Counted from the first letter of the stretch, positions 23,896 through 32,596 are shown. The stretch: DNA of 63,753 nucleotides from Candidatus Nanoarchaeia archaeon (GCA_028693395.1 JAQUVJ010000002.1:1-63753); one strand, 5' to 3'. Numbers and translations: made by a program. The notes: generated from the sequence alone by a model not told the origin.

Positions 23896-23924
23896 AGTAT
23901 ACCATGTTTTCGTCAATACGTCAA
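23896..23924 (-). promoter_or_regulatory. cassette promoter P11
   Basis: TTGACG-17 nt-TGG-TATACT; overlaps 3' end of 23921..24388. Confidence 0.7.
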
Positions 23925-24388
23925 GCAGTTATTTTAAAATCTTTATTTTCAGATAATAAATTAGCTATATGATTTCTGTTATGTCCAAAATCAAAATCAA
24001 TGTCTCTTACATTTAATCCAAAACTTTGTATATTGTATTCTGTATACACTTCAACGTTTCCTTGAAAATTTTTATCATAAAAAAGATTTCCAATTTTAAT
24101 CATTCCATGAAATGACCAAGGAACTTCATGTCTAAAAGTAATAATTGTTTTTGCGTCTAGATTATTTTTTCTTGCAATTTTTTTCATAATAGCAGCATTT
24201 TCAAGACAACTCCAATATTTGGAGTTTATGCATTCATTAAAAGGACGGATATCATTTACTTTATTTTTAAAAATTTCCGGGCAATATACATTTATTTTTT
24301 TTCCATTTTGTGTTATTCCCCAATTAAGAAAAGCATTATTGAATAATTCGGAAATTTCATATTTAAAATTTTCTATACGATACATCAT
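23921..24388 (-). CDS. hypothetical protein (possible Cys-His-Asp papain-like fold)
   Basis: 155 aa; YWSCLENAAIM ... FHGMIKIG ... D; fold assignment is speculative. Confidence 0.55.
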   Translation of the reverse strand: MMYRIENFKYEISELFNNAFLNWGITQNGKKINVYCPEIFKNKVNDIRPFNECINSKYWSCLENAAIMKKIARKNNLDAKTIITFRHEVPWSFHGMIKIGNLFYDKNFQGNVEVYTEYNIQSFGLNVRDIDFDFGHNRNHIANLLSENKDFKITA

Positions 24389-24390
24389 TT

Positions 24391-24702
24391 TTATACAGCA
24401 ATTTTCTTATTTAAATTAAAAAGAATGTTATTTATATCAATTTTTTCTCCAATTTCATAAACATTATAGAAAATACAAGGGAATGTGAATTTATCATTAT
24501 ATTCATCTGCTTTTAATTGATATATAAATATATTAGTTTTTCGTATTTCTTTATTGCCATGTTTATTTTCTATAAATTTAATAAAATCACAAACATCATC
24601 CAATTCATCAAACTCGCATATAAATTGCCTTTGTTCTTTAAATATTTTATTTTCACTTATAATTACAAAAATTTCAGCTTTATATTTTGCATAAATTGTC
24701 AT
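24391..24702 (-). CDS. hypothetical protein
   Basis: 103-aa ORF. Confidence 0.6.
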   Translation of the reverse strand: MTIYAKYKAEIFVIISENKIFKEQRQFICEFDELDDVCDFIKFIENKHGNKEIRKTNIFIYQLKADEYNDKFTFPCIFYNVYEIGEKIDINNILFNLNKKIAV

Positions 24703-24709
24703 AATTTTA

Positions 24710-24967
24710 TCACCCTTCTATAAAATATAGTTGAGCTTTTTGTTCACCTGTATATCTATGATTATCAATAATTTTCAGAAGATAATAGCCGCCTGTATGA
24801 ATAGCGTCATATTCTTTAAAATCAATATTTTTTCCACGCCATGGGTTATTATTTAATCTTTCAAAATCTTCTATATAAAGTCTACCATTGCCATGTCTAA
24901 TATAAGCACGTCCTTGAGGTGTATGTGAAATTTTTGAGACTTTTCTAAATTTTTTAATATTCATCAT
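24710..24967 (-). CDS. hypothetical protein
   Basis: 85-aa ORF abutting neighbours. Confidence 0.6.
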   Translation of the reverse strand: MMNIKKFRKVSKISHTPQGRAYIRHGNGRLYIEDFERLNNNPWRGKNIDFKEYDAIHTGGYYLLKIIDNHRYTGEQKAQLYFIEG

Positions 24968-25300
24968 TTATCTTCCTTTCATATTAGTATATTCAAAATC
25001 ATCCAATAATACTCGTTCTTCACAACTGTATATATTATTACCATTAACAACAATCATATCATCCCTAGGTATATCCATCATATAAATTTCAAAATCTTCA
25101 TATGTATCGTCATTTAATATATTCACTATTTTTAGAGATAATCTACCATCAAATAAAATTGATTTTTCAGCATATATATATTCTGAGTTATATTTATCAT
25201 CAAATGAATTTATAATAAAATCTACACATTCATCAACATTATAACCATTCCATCGAAGAACTTGAATTGTTGTATTTTTAGGAACCATTGTCATTATCAT
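24968..25300 (-). CDS. hypothetical protein
   Basis: 110-aa ORF; AGAGGTG RBS. Confidence 0.6.
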   Translation of the reverse strand: MIMTMVPKNTTIQVLRWNGYNVDECVDFIINSFDDKYNSEYIYAEKSILFDGRLSLKIVNILNDDTYEDFEIYMMDIPRDDMIVVNGNNIYSCEERVLLDDFEYTNMKGR

Positions 25301-25326
25301 AAAAACACCTCTTTATTTTAAAATAG

Positions 25327-25358
25327 TATAGGGGGTTATATTATTTCAACCCCCTATA
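25327..25358 (-). terminator. terminator-like hairpin after ardA-like gene
   Basis: TATAGGGGG/CCCCCTATA stem. Confidence 0.6.
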
Positions 25359-25368
25359 TATAGTGTAA

Positions 25369-25872
25369 TTAAAATATTCTTATAACGTGACCATTTTCAG
25401 TTTCAATATATCCATCATGACCTAAATCTTTGCCTATTGCTTCATAATCAATATAACATTTTAGATTATCTGATACTTCACCAAACAATCCTTCATCGAC
25501 TAATTCTTCAGCAACTTCTTCCAAATCTGAATTAGCATAGAATTCATAATCACCATCATCATAAATTGCAAGTGCTGTATTCCAATCTTTTTCAACTTCA
25601 TATATTGCTTCAAGTCTATCTATCTCATCATTATCATCAATATTAGCAACACTTTCAAAAAAATTATTCAACTTTTCCAAATCTGTATCTTCTGTAATTT
25701 CATAATCATCAAGTTCAATTTCAGAATCTACGATAACAGCAGTAGTAACATCTTCGCATCCAAGAGTTTCAAGAGCTTCTTCCAATTCTGAATCTAAAAA
25801 AGGAAGATCCAACCAAATAATATTATCCTCAGTACGCTTATACATATTTGTCAAGGCTATTCTATTATTCAT
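25369..25872 (-). CDS. ardA: ArdA-like antirestriction protein (DNA mimic)
   Basis: True start ATG 25872 after GAGGAGG; highly acidic; C-terminal CYIDYEAIGKDLGHDGYIETENGHVIRIF matches ArdA YfDYEafaRDL...G..f motif. Confidence 0.7.
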   Translation of the reverse strand: MNNRIALTNMYKRTEDNIIWLDLPFLDSELEEALETLGCEDVTTAVIVDSEIELDDYEITEDTDLEKLNNFFESVANIDDNDEIDRLEAIYEVEKDWNTALAIYDDGDYEFYANSDLEEVAEELVDEGLFGEVSDNLKCYIDYEAIGKDLGHDGYIETENGHVIRIF

Positions 25873-25927
25873 AAATGTTACCTCCTCTAGATTTTGTGTG
25901 CCGGTCGTTTTATCAACCAACAAGGAT

Positions 25928-25956
25928 AGTATATCACATTCTCGTCAATCCGTCAA
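25928..25956 (-). promoter_or_regulatory. cassette promoter P12
   Basis: TTGACG-17 nt-TGA-TATACT. Confidence 0.75.
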
Positions 25957-25993
25957 GAACTTTTTTAAAGAATTTATTTTCAGATAATAAAAA

Positions 25994-26018
25994 AGAGCGG
26001 GTTTTGGAGACCCGCTCT
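25994..26018. terminator. intrinsic terminator (family copy 3)
   Basis: AGAGCGGGT/ACCCGCTCT stem, A/T flanks. Confidence 0.8.
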
Positions 26019-26026
26019 TTTTTTTG

Positions 26027-26248
26027 TTATTTATAGACCGCTTCAAACTCCTTCATACTAATTCCGTTTTCTCGAAGAATTCGGCGAAGAAGTGTTGTCT
26101 TTACTTCGCCGCTTCTGGGAAATACGACCATCTTACTTGGATCGTCGACTTTCTTCATTTTCTGATGCCCGGTCCCGCCATTATCTGAGTATCCGAGTTT
26201 TTCAAAAGCTTTCTTCACCCTATCTCCGCGATAATCAAAACGTGACAT
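26027..26248 (-). CDS. hicA: HicA-like mRNA interferase toxin, copy 2
   Basis: 73 aa, 7 substitutions versus 21557..21778; own promoter and terminator. Confidence 0.7.
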   Translation of the reverse strand: MSRFDYRGDRVKKAFEKLGYSDNGGTGHQKMKKVDDPSKMVVFPRSGEVKTTLLRRILRENGISMKEFEAVYK

Positions 26249-26306
26249 TTTTTATGCCCTCCTTAGAAATTAGTTTTTGTCGGTCGTCATTCTGTCCGAC
26301 TGCTAT

Positions 26307-26335
26307 ATAATATCATACTCTTATCAATCCGTCAA
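26307..26335 (-). promoter_or_regulatory. cassette promoter P13 (variant)
   Basis: TTGACG-17 nt-TGA-TATTAT; leader hairpin GTCGG/CCGAC. Confidence 0.7.
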
Positions 26336-26338
26336 GTA

Positions 26339-26710
26339 TCATTTAAATTTTGTCGGATTAGCAAAATAAAACCGATTGAAAATTTCCTCTTTAATATAAT
26401 TTCTCAAAAAATATTTATCAGCTAAATAGTTAGAATATTTTCCATTGATATAAACTGTCAACTCCTTATTTTTATTTGATGGTATATCTTTCCACAAATA
26501 AGCTGTAAAATCTACCCATCCACAATAATAACCATTTTCATCCATACAATGAAAGGAGCTTCTAATTTCAAAATTTTTCTTTTGTTCAGTAATTTCATGT
26601 TTAATGTCAAAGCCAGAACCATGAGGCAGACAGAAATCAAGAAATTCAATCTTGGTATCTGCATCCATATTTTTAATTGCATTGTATATATGTTTTAATT
26701 CTTTTGACAT
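26339..26710 (-). CDS. hypothetical protein, 123 aa
   Basis: AAAGGAG RBS then ATG 26710 (track start 26719 abuts the SD). Confidence 0.65.
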   Translation of the reverse strand: MSKELKHIYNAIKNMDADTKIEFLDFCLPHGSGFDIKHEITEQKKNFEIRSSFHCMDENGYYCGWVDFTAYLWKDIPSNKNKELTVYINGKYSNYLADKYFLRNYIKEEIFNRFYFANPTKFK

Positions 26711-26741
26711 ATTTACCATCTCCTTTTTAGTTGATAAAATG

Positions 26742-26770
26742 ATTATACCATAAATTTATCAATCCGTCAA
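26742..26770 (-). promoter_or_regulatory. cassette promoter P14
   Basis: TTGACG-17 nt-TGG-TATAAT. Confidence 0.75.
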
Positions 26771-26777
26771 GTAGCTT

Positions 26778-26975
26778 TTAATCCAAATACATTTTAATTT
26801 CTTCCATATCTTTGTTCATTATATAATTTCGTATCGACACCATAACGCCAATCCTAGTTCTATTCATATTTTTATCATTTTCATGTTTAAAAGGCAATTC
26901 ATTTTCTTTTAAAAGAGAATTGATCATTTTATCTATTATCTTCGCAATATGCATTTCAGCTTTTGTCATTTTCAA
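26778..26975 (-). CDS. hypothetical protein, 65 aa
   Basis: AAGGAGGAG SD 6 nt before TTG start. Confidence 0.55.
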   Translation of the reverse strand: MKMTKAEMHIAKIIDKMINSLLKENELPFKHENDKNMNRTRIGVMVSIRNYIMNKDMEEIKMYLD

Positions 26976-27008
26976 TTTTATCTCCTCCTTTATTTTTGAA
27001 ACACCATC

Positions 27009-27037
27009 ATGTTATCATAAATTCGTCAATCTGTCAA
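27009..27037 (-). promoter_or_regulatory. cassette promoter P15 (outermost)
   Basis: TTGACA-17 nt-TGA-TAACAT. Confidence 0.6.
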
Positions 27038-27079
27038 TAGAAAAATTGTAGGGATTATCTTATCCCTACAATTAATTTT

Positions 27080-27340
27080 TTACTTTTGTTCAATTGATTT
27101 TATTAAATTTTCTAAATCTTTATAATCTATTCCATCATGATGAATTATATTATTTTGAATTTCTTTAAGTTTTTGATACATTAAAACTGCCATCGAGAAG
27201 AAATGCGCATAATCTTCTTCTTTTTCAGTTTCACCACGTCTCCAAAATTCACAAATACTTTTATTATTTTCAACCAATTCTAAACTATTATGTACTTCAT
27301 CTTTAAATAATTTTATTGAATTATTAGGCATATTTCTCAT
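27080..27340 (-). CDS. hypothetical protein
   Basis: 86-aa ORF; terminator ATTGTAGGGA/TCCCTACAAT at 27046-27072. Confidence 0.6.
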   Translation of the reverse strand: MRNMPNNSIKLFKDEVHNSLELVENNKSICEFWRRGETEKEEDYAHFFSMAVLMYQKLKEIQNNIIHHDGIDYKDLENLIKSIEQK

Positions 27341-27867
27341 TCATTTATCACTTCCTTTATAAAAATACACTGAAGAATTAGATTTGATAAATAAAAGAAA
27401 CCAATGAAAAAAGTAATAATTAAAGGTGAAATGAATGTAAGGTATAAAGAAATCAAAAAATTTAGAAATTTAAAACTCATTTTTATTGTATAATCTTTTT
27501 TAGTTTCTACCTTTTTAATTACTTGATCAACTACAAAATTCCAATGCATATTAAATAATACTAGAATAAGTAAAGATATAATAATGTGAAATATTGACAG
27601 TCTATATATTTCAACATCTATTGTTTGCATAAAATATTTGGAAATTTTAAAAAATGATATTAATAATATAATAGTTATTGAAAGCATAATCATATTCACA
27701 GCAAAAATTTTAATTTTATTACCTTTTTTAGCTAATTTTTCATTAATTTCATTATGCTTCAATGCTAGTAGAAATATAATTAAACTACATATTGCAATTG
27801 ATGATATTGATAATGATACAGGTGAAAAATTATTAGTTAGATAATTTAAAATAATACTTATATCCAT
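27337..27867 (-). CDS. multi-pass membrane protein
   Basis: 176 aa, about 5 hydrophobic helices. Confidence 0.6.
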   Translation of the reverse strand: MDISIILNYLTNNFSPVSLSISSIAICSLIIFLLALKHNEINEKLAKKGNKIKIFAVNMIMLSITIILLISFFKISKYFMQTIDVEIYRLSIFHIIISLLILVLFNMHWNFVVDQVIKKVETKKDYTIKMSFKFLNFLISLYLTFISPLIITFFIGFFYLSNLILQCIFIKEVINE

Positions 27868-27870
27868 GAA

Positions 27871-29115
27871 TTACACCTTAAATTTAGAAAATACTGGGAA
27901 TCTTAAAGATTTATTACCATTTTTATCTTGTGAAATATCTTGATATTTTAGTTCAATAGAAGTTCCAATTAATTTATCTTTATTTTCCCATATAAATTCA
28001 CGCAATTCATCTGAAAAACCAGTACCAACATCTACACTAATATTATCATTATCTTCTAAAATGCAGCTTATAGAACCCATCATATTTTCATATTTTCCTT
28101 GCCCTTCATTTATTGATTTTACTTTCATATCAATTTCATTAAAAAATTTAACTTTTAATAAATTATTAGAACGTTTAAAATCATAGCTAATGTCAGGATT
28201 TCTTAACATACAACCTTCATATCCTTGTTCAACATATTCTTTAGTTAAATTTTCAATATCTTCCAAATTATTATTTATTTTTATTGCTTTAATAAATTGA
28301 ATGTTATTAAATGAATATGTCCTATCTAATTGCTCAATTCTTTTTTGCATTTCCTCAGTTGGTATAATTGTATCATTTATTCCCAAAGCAAAAATATTAT
28401 AACTTATTTTATTTTTATCACCAATATCATAATTAACATTTGACATTATAGAAGATTGAATACTGACAAAATTTTGATCTTTTGTAAATAATTCACCATC
28501 AAAGAATGTTATATCGTGTTCAGCATCTATGATTTTATGAATAGATTTTAAAATTTTATCAAAACCTGTAAATTCTTTTCCACTTCTTGACCATAAAATA
28601 TTAGGCGTATTTAATGTCCAAAAACATCTCAAACCATCCATTTTAGGAGTCGCATAAAAATATTCCGTATTGTAATTTCGTTCAGAATCGTATTTATTTG
28701 CTAATTGTACTTTAAATTCCGGGATAAATTCTTTTCCATATACTCTATTTATTAAAGAAGCACCTAGATTGCATTTTAAATCTCTTTTTAAAATCATTTT
28801 AAATACATCTTGTGTTTCTTTTGTATATGAAGAAAGTATTCCGTCAATAACATTTCTAGCTGTATTTCCAGTTATTTTTCTTTTAGATAGATTATGTAAA
28901 AGTTTAAATATATCATCTCCCTCATCTTCTATCGTTTTTGATCCTATCCCAGAAAAATTTTCAATATTTGTTATATAAAAATTATGATTAGGATTATATG
29001 TCCACCATAAAATATTTTTTAATATTTCATTTTTTTGTATTGATTTCAAAATAGATATTTTTTTATTAGTTTTAGGTTCCAGTCTTAGAATATCTAGATA
29101 TCCAAAAATCCTCAA
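27871..29115 (-). CDS. lig: ATP-dependent DNA ligase
   Basis: Motif I ATPKMDGLR (KxDG), motif IV EGCMLRNP, motif V LLKVKFF. Confidence 0.85.
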   Translation of the reverse strand: MRIFGYLDILRLEPKTNKKISILKSIQKNEILKNILWWTYNPNHNFYITNIENFSGIGSKTIEDEGDDIFKLLHNLSKRKITGNTARNVIDGILSSYTKETQDVFKMILKRDLKCNLGASLINRVYGKEFIPEFKVQLANKYDSERNYNTEYFYATPKMDGLRCFWTLNTPNILWSRSGKEFTGFDKILKSIHKIIDAEHDITFFDGELFTKDQNFVSIQSSIMSNVNYDIGDKNKISYNIFALGINDTIIPTEEMQKRIEQLDRTYSFNNIQFIKAIKINNNLEDIENLTKEYVEQGYEGCMLRNPDISYDFKRSNNLLKVKFFNEIDMKVKSINEGQGKYENMMGSISCILEDNDNISVDVGTGFSDELREFIWENKDKLIGTSIELKYQDISQDKNGNKSLRFPVFSKFKV

Positions 29116-29128
29116 ATTGAAATCTCCT

Positions 29129-29671
29129 TTATGAATATATTTTATTTAAAAAATTACTATTTTTAAAATCATCATTTTCGTTAGAATATCTTGTACATTC
29201 ATCACAATCATCACAATCATCTACTTCATCTACATCATCTATTTCATCTATTTCATCTTCATTAAATTCTTCTAAATCTTTTGTTAGATCCATAGCTGAC
29301 CACACATATTGTTTTGTTTCATTTTCAGCACCATTAACAAAAAACTCTTTTCTAATTTTTTTAGAATGCATGATATTTCTTACTTGTGAAGATAGTATTT
29401 TTTCTTTTTGTCTAAATTCGTTAAGATCATCCATTTGAAAGCCATAAATAATACTCATTAGTTCAGCAGTTATTTGATTCACTGTAGTATATCCATATCT
29501 CATTGATAAATATTTTGCAACAATTCTTACAACTTTACCTTTAATTTTATCATCCATCCAAAAAGAAGCAAAAACTTCATAAGCAGCATCTTTACAATCA
29601 CAAATTGCCATTTTATTCATTTTATTCATTTTATTCATAATTTTATACCATCCTTCACTATTGAATTTCAA
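29129..29671 (-). CDS. hypothetical protein with acidic Cys-containing tail
   Basis: 180 aa; MNK x3 from 9-bp tandem repeat; DEIDEIDDVDEVDDCDDCDEC. Confidence 0.6.
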   Translation of the reverse strand: MKFNSEGWYKIMNKMNKMNKMAICDCKDAAYEVFASFWMDDKIKGKVVRIVAKYLSMRYGYTTVNQITAELMSIIYGFQMDDLNEFRQKEKILSSQVRNIMHSKKIRKEFFVNGAENETKQYVWSAMDLTKDLEEFNEDEIDEIDDVDEVDDCDDCDECTRYSNENDDFKNSNFLNKIYS

Positions 29672-30845
29672 TAAGATATTTAATTGTATTTTGTTCTTCT
29701 TTATAGATAACTATCTCATCATTATAAAGAAATCCTGTTGCTTTATGTGCATACAAAGAATCGTAATCACCTTTTGCTCTCAATTTAAAAAAATCCATCT
29801 TACCCGATTCTTGAAAATGAGAATGAACATTATACGGATTTCCAGTATGTACATTATAAAGTGCCATAAATGCTTTTTTACTACTCCCTCTAGCCCAGTA
29901 TGATCCGTTTATAGATGTATAACCTTCTGATTTTTTAGCTGTTGGGGAATAGTACGTCCCATTTCCAAATAGTTTGCCGGTAATTACTGCATTAGGACGA
30001 AGAAGCAATCCTGTTTGAATAATTGACCACCAATTTTCATTTCTACTACCATGCCATAGTAAATCCATAGTTTTATTATTTGAAGTATCCCAATGTTTTT
30101 TAAACTTATCGTCAGTTTTTTTATTTGTAACTTCATAAGCATTTACAAATTTATGAGAAATTTCGCCTAATTTATTTTTAATTAATTGTATTGTTGTATT
30201 ATCTGAAATTAAAGAAATATTCAAATTCATAGCTTCAAGAATTGTCAACGAAGAATCTGATTCTTTTTCAATTTTCTCGTCTTTTATTTGAGTAGCAAAG
30301 TTATCTAACAAAGATTGTTCTCGCATATAAATTTCCATCAATTTATCTTTTGAAGTTTCATTATATAAGAAATAATTTACTTTGTTCATTTTTCTTGGAA
30401 TTATCTTAAATAAGTCAAGAAGTAAATTATTTATAGAATTCTTATCTTTATAATCTATATCATTTAACTTTATCATTATTTCTTGTGCATCATCTAATTG
30501 TAATTGTGTGGCTGTAGTAACATTATAGTTTTCTTTAACACTATCCCTACTAAAACTTTGCAATAATTTGACAAGTGAATTTACACTATTATCTAATATT
30601 TCTTTAAATCCAGTTTTAGATTCTTTAGTTGGAATTAGATATAAATGCGTAACATCTTCATAACCTTTATTTACTTTTTCATTATATTTTTTATCCCATT
30701 GTCTTATCGGATATCGTGTATTATCTGATTTTGCTCCAATTCTTCCCCATGTTGCAATAAATGTACCATCCCCATTATCTTGCATCTCATAAAATTTATT
30801 ATTATTGTTATTTGTAACCATCACTAACTTAACATAATTAGGCAA
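29658..30845 (-). CDS. PARP-like ADP-ribosyltransferase with WGR domain
   Basis: FYEMQDNGDGTFIATWGRIGAK (WGR); catalytic LWHGSR (H), GNGTYYSP (Y), LYNDEIVIY...KYLIEI (E) resembling the PARP1 H-Y-E signature. Confidence 0.8.
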   Translation of the reverse strand: MPNYVKLVMVTNNNNNKFYEMQDNGDGTFIATWGRIGAKSDNTRYPIRQWDKKYNEKVNKGYEDVTHLYLIPTKESKTGFKEILDNSVNSLVKLLQSFSRDSVKENYNVTTATQLQLDDAQEIMIKLNDIDYKDKNSINNLLLDLFKIIPRKMNKVNYFLYNETSKDKLMEIYMREQSLLDNFATQIKDEKIEKESDSSLTILEAMNLNISLISDNTTIQLIKNKLGEISHKFVNAYEVTNKKTDDKFKKHWDTSNNKTMDLLWHGSRNENWWSIIQTGLLLRPNAVITGKLFGNGTYYSPTAKKSEGYTSINGSYWARGSSKKAFMALYNVHTGNPYNVHSHFQESGKMDFFKLRAKGDYDSLYAHKATGFLYNDEIVIYKEEQNTIKYLIEIQ

Positions 30846-30851
30846 TTATTA

Positions 30852-31307
30852 TCACCTCCGATATTTTTCAATAATTCTTTTTGTGTCGTTTCTAATTTCA
30901 GAAATCATTTTCGTTGTAATTTCATTATTAGTATTAGTATTTAAATCAACTAAATACTGCCAAAAATCTAACCATGTATAATTATCTTCCATTGATGCAT
31001 CAAAATATAAATCATTTTCAACTTCTTTTCCAGATAAATAAAAATACCCTAATACAGTTAGTTTGAGACAATATACATTTCCTTTTTTAAACAAAGTTAA
31101 ATAATTTTTTAAAAACAAATCATCTATTTTTTCTTCAATTTCTTCTTTAGTAAATTCATAAAAATTATTTGAAAGTATAGAATCAATTAATTCTTTTCTT
31201 GCTAAACTATTATCATTTTGATATGCATTATCTATACCGACTAGAACAGCCCATTCTAAACTATCATTTCTTCTGCTTGTTTTCATGAGGGATTTTTGAC
31301 CATCCAT
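30852..31307 (-). CDS. hypothetical protein
   Basis: 151-aa ORF; start uncertain (ATG 31286 alternative); a 50-aa TM ORF 31264..31416 overlaps its 5' end. Confidence 0.55.
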   Translation of the reverse strand: MDGQKSLMKTSRRNDSLEWAVLVGIDNAYQNDNSLARKELIDSILSNNFYEFTKEEIEEKIDDLFLKNYLTLFKKGNVYCLKLTVLGYFYLSGKEVENDLYFDASMEDNYTWLDFWQYLVDLNTNTNNEITTKMISEIRNDTKRIIEKYRR

Positions 31308-31428
31308 GTATTTTATAATTTAAATATTCATTTTCCACCCAAACATAACCAATAGCAACTATTATAAGCATCGCAATAAGAACACAAGATAAAATTATAA
31401 TTAAATTTGTAGTCATAATTATTTCAAC

Positions 31429-32034
31429 TTAATTTAAATTCGTTTCTTCAAAATAGTCAATATATTTAAATCTTTTTGAATTGCGAAAAGGAAAATTTGT
31501 TTGATTAATATTACTTATTTCTTCAATACCTTCTGAAAAATCTAAAAGATATTCAATTGACTGAGGCTTATAATCCCAAGCATCTACACATACATTGATA
31601 ATTGTAGTATTATTTAATGATCTAATTTTTTGAAATATTCCATGAACATGACCACAGAACCAGAGAGTATTTTCTTTTTGAGCCCATGCAGGATCATGAG
31701 CTATATAAATATCTTGATTTTTATATTTAATCTTTAGATGACCATGAACAGCATTAAATCCAATATCATAATAATCATATACAGACAAATTATCATGATT
31801 GCCAGCAATAAGAATTTTTGTGCCATTTAATCTTTGAATAATTTCTTTTGTTTCACCTTTACTACAATTTAAACTAATATCACCAAGAATATAACATATA
31901 TCATCTTTTCCAACAATATTATTATATTCCTTGATAATATGCTTATTCATTTCAAATCTTGTTGTAAATGGACGATTGCAATATTTAATTATATTTTCAT
32001 GATAAAAATGGGGATCGGAAGTGAAATAGATCAT
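31429..32034 (-). CDS. calcineurin-like metallophosphoesterase
   Basis: DPHFYH, GDIS, GNHD, AHDP, GHVH motif series. Confidence 0.8.
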   Translation of the reverse strand: MIYFTSDPHFYHENIIKYCNRPFTTRFEMNKHIIKEYNNIVGKDDICYILGDISLNCSKGETKEIIQRLNGTKILIAGNHDNLSVYDYYDIGFNAVHGHLKIKYKNQDIYIAHDPAWAQKENTLWFCGHVHGIFQKIRSLNNTTIINVCVDAWDYKPQSIEYLLDFSEGIEEISNINQTNFPFRNSKRFKYIDYFEETNLN

Positions 32035-32047
32035 TAATAATTCCTTT

Positions 32048-32596
32048 CTAAATATATAAATCCAGCAATAAACCAGTTATTTCAAATTGATTATAAATAA
32101 ATCTATGCAGTTCTTCTGGCTCAATTATTCTTATTATTTGGTAGTTATCAGGAGTTTTCATATCAATACTTTGCACTAAAATGCATGGGTAATCAGAATA
32201 TTTGAAATTTTCAATAAAACATAAATTTATAGATTTCTTTTGCATTTCCTCATTTCTTCTCTCTATTGCTCTTCTAAAATCTTCCATAAATTTATTATAA
32301 TCTATTTTTAACATTTTACCATTTACTTCATTTAAAATATTAACTTTTTGGTATCCATTCACTATATCTTTCTCAATAAAGAATCTTTTCATTTCACCAC
32401 GAACTAATTTTGTTTGATATGTTGTATAGTTTTTATTTTTATTAAGTTCAATTAAAGAGCTATTAAAAATAGTTTTTCTTTTTCTATTTTCAGAATCCAT
32501 CTTGTATGTACTTCTTATTCTTATTATTTCATTATTGGAATATGAATTTCTTGAAAGTGTTGAGCTATTAATAACTGACTCTTGCATTAAAATCAC
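32048..32596 (-). CDS. hypothetical protein
   Basis: 182-aa ORF. Confidence 0.6.
   Translation of the reverse strand: MILMQESVINSSTLSRNSYSNNEIIRIRSTYKMDSENRKRKTIFNSSLIELNKNKNYTTYQTKLVRGEMKRFFIEKDIVNGYQKVNILNEVNGKMLKIDYNKFMEDFRRAIERRNEEMQKKSINLCFIENFKYSDYPCILVQSIDMKTPDNYQIIRIIEPEELHRFIYNQFEITGLLLDLYI

Noticed and set aside
21557-26248. Diversity-generating retroelement (TR/VR pair) suggested by the two near-identical hicA-like copies
   Set aside because: No reverse transcriptase is present. The differences are not adenine-specific, and whole cassettes including promoters are duplicated.
10260-27060. Classical integron, with attC sites and an intI gene
   Set aside because: There is no integrase in the window, no R''-L''/L'-R' (GTTRRRY) attC architecture, and every cassette carries its own promoter. 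I report it as integron-like only by analogy.
31264-31416. A 50-aa single-TM ORF overlapping the start of 30852..31307
   Set aside because: It has no SD and overlaps the neighbour by 44 nt. It is plausible as a small membrane protein but unsupported, so I note it only in the neighbour's evidence.
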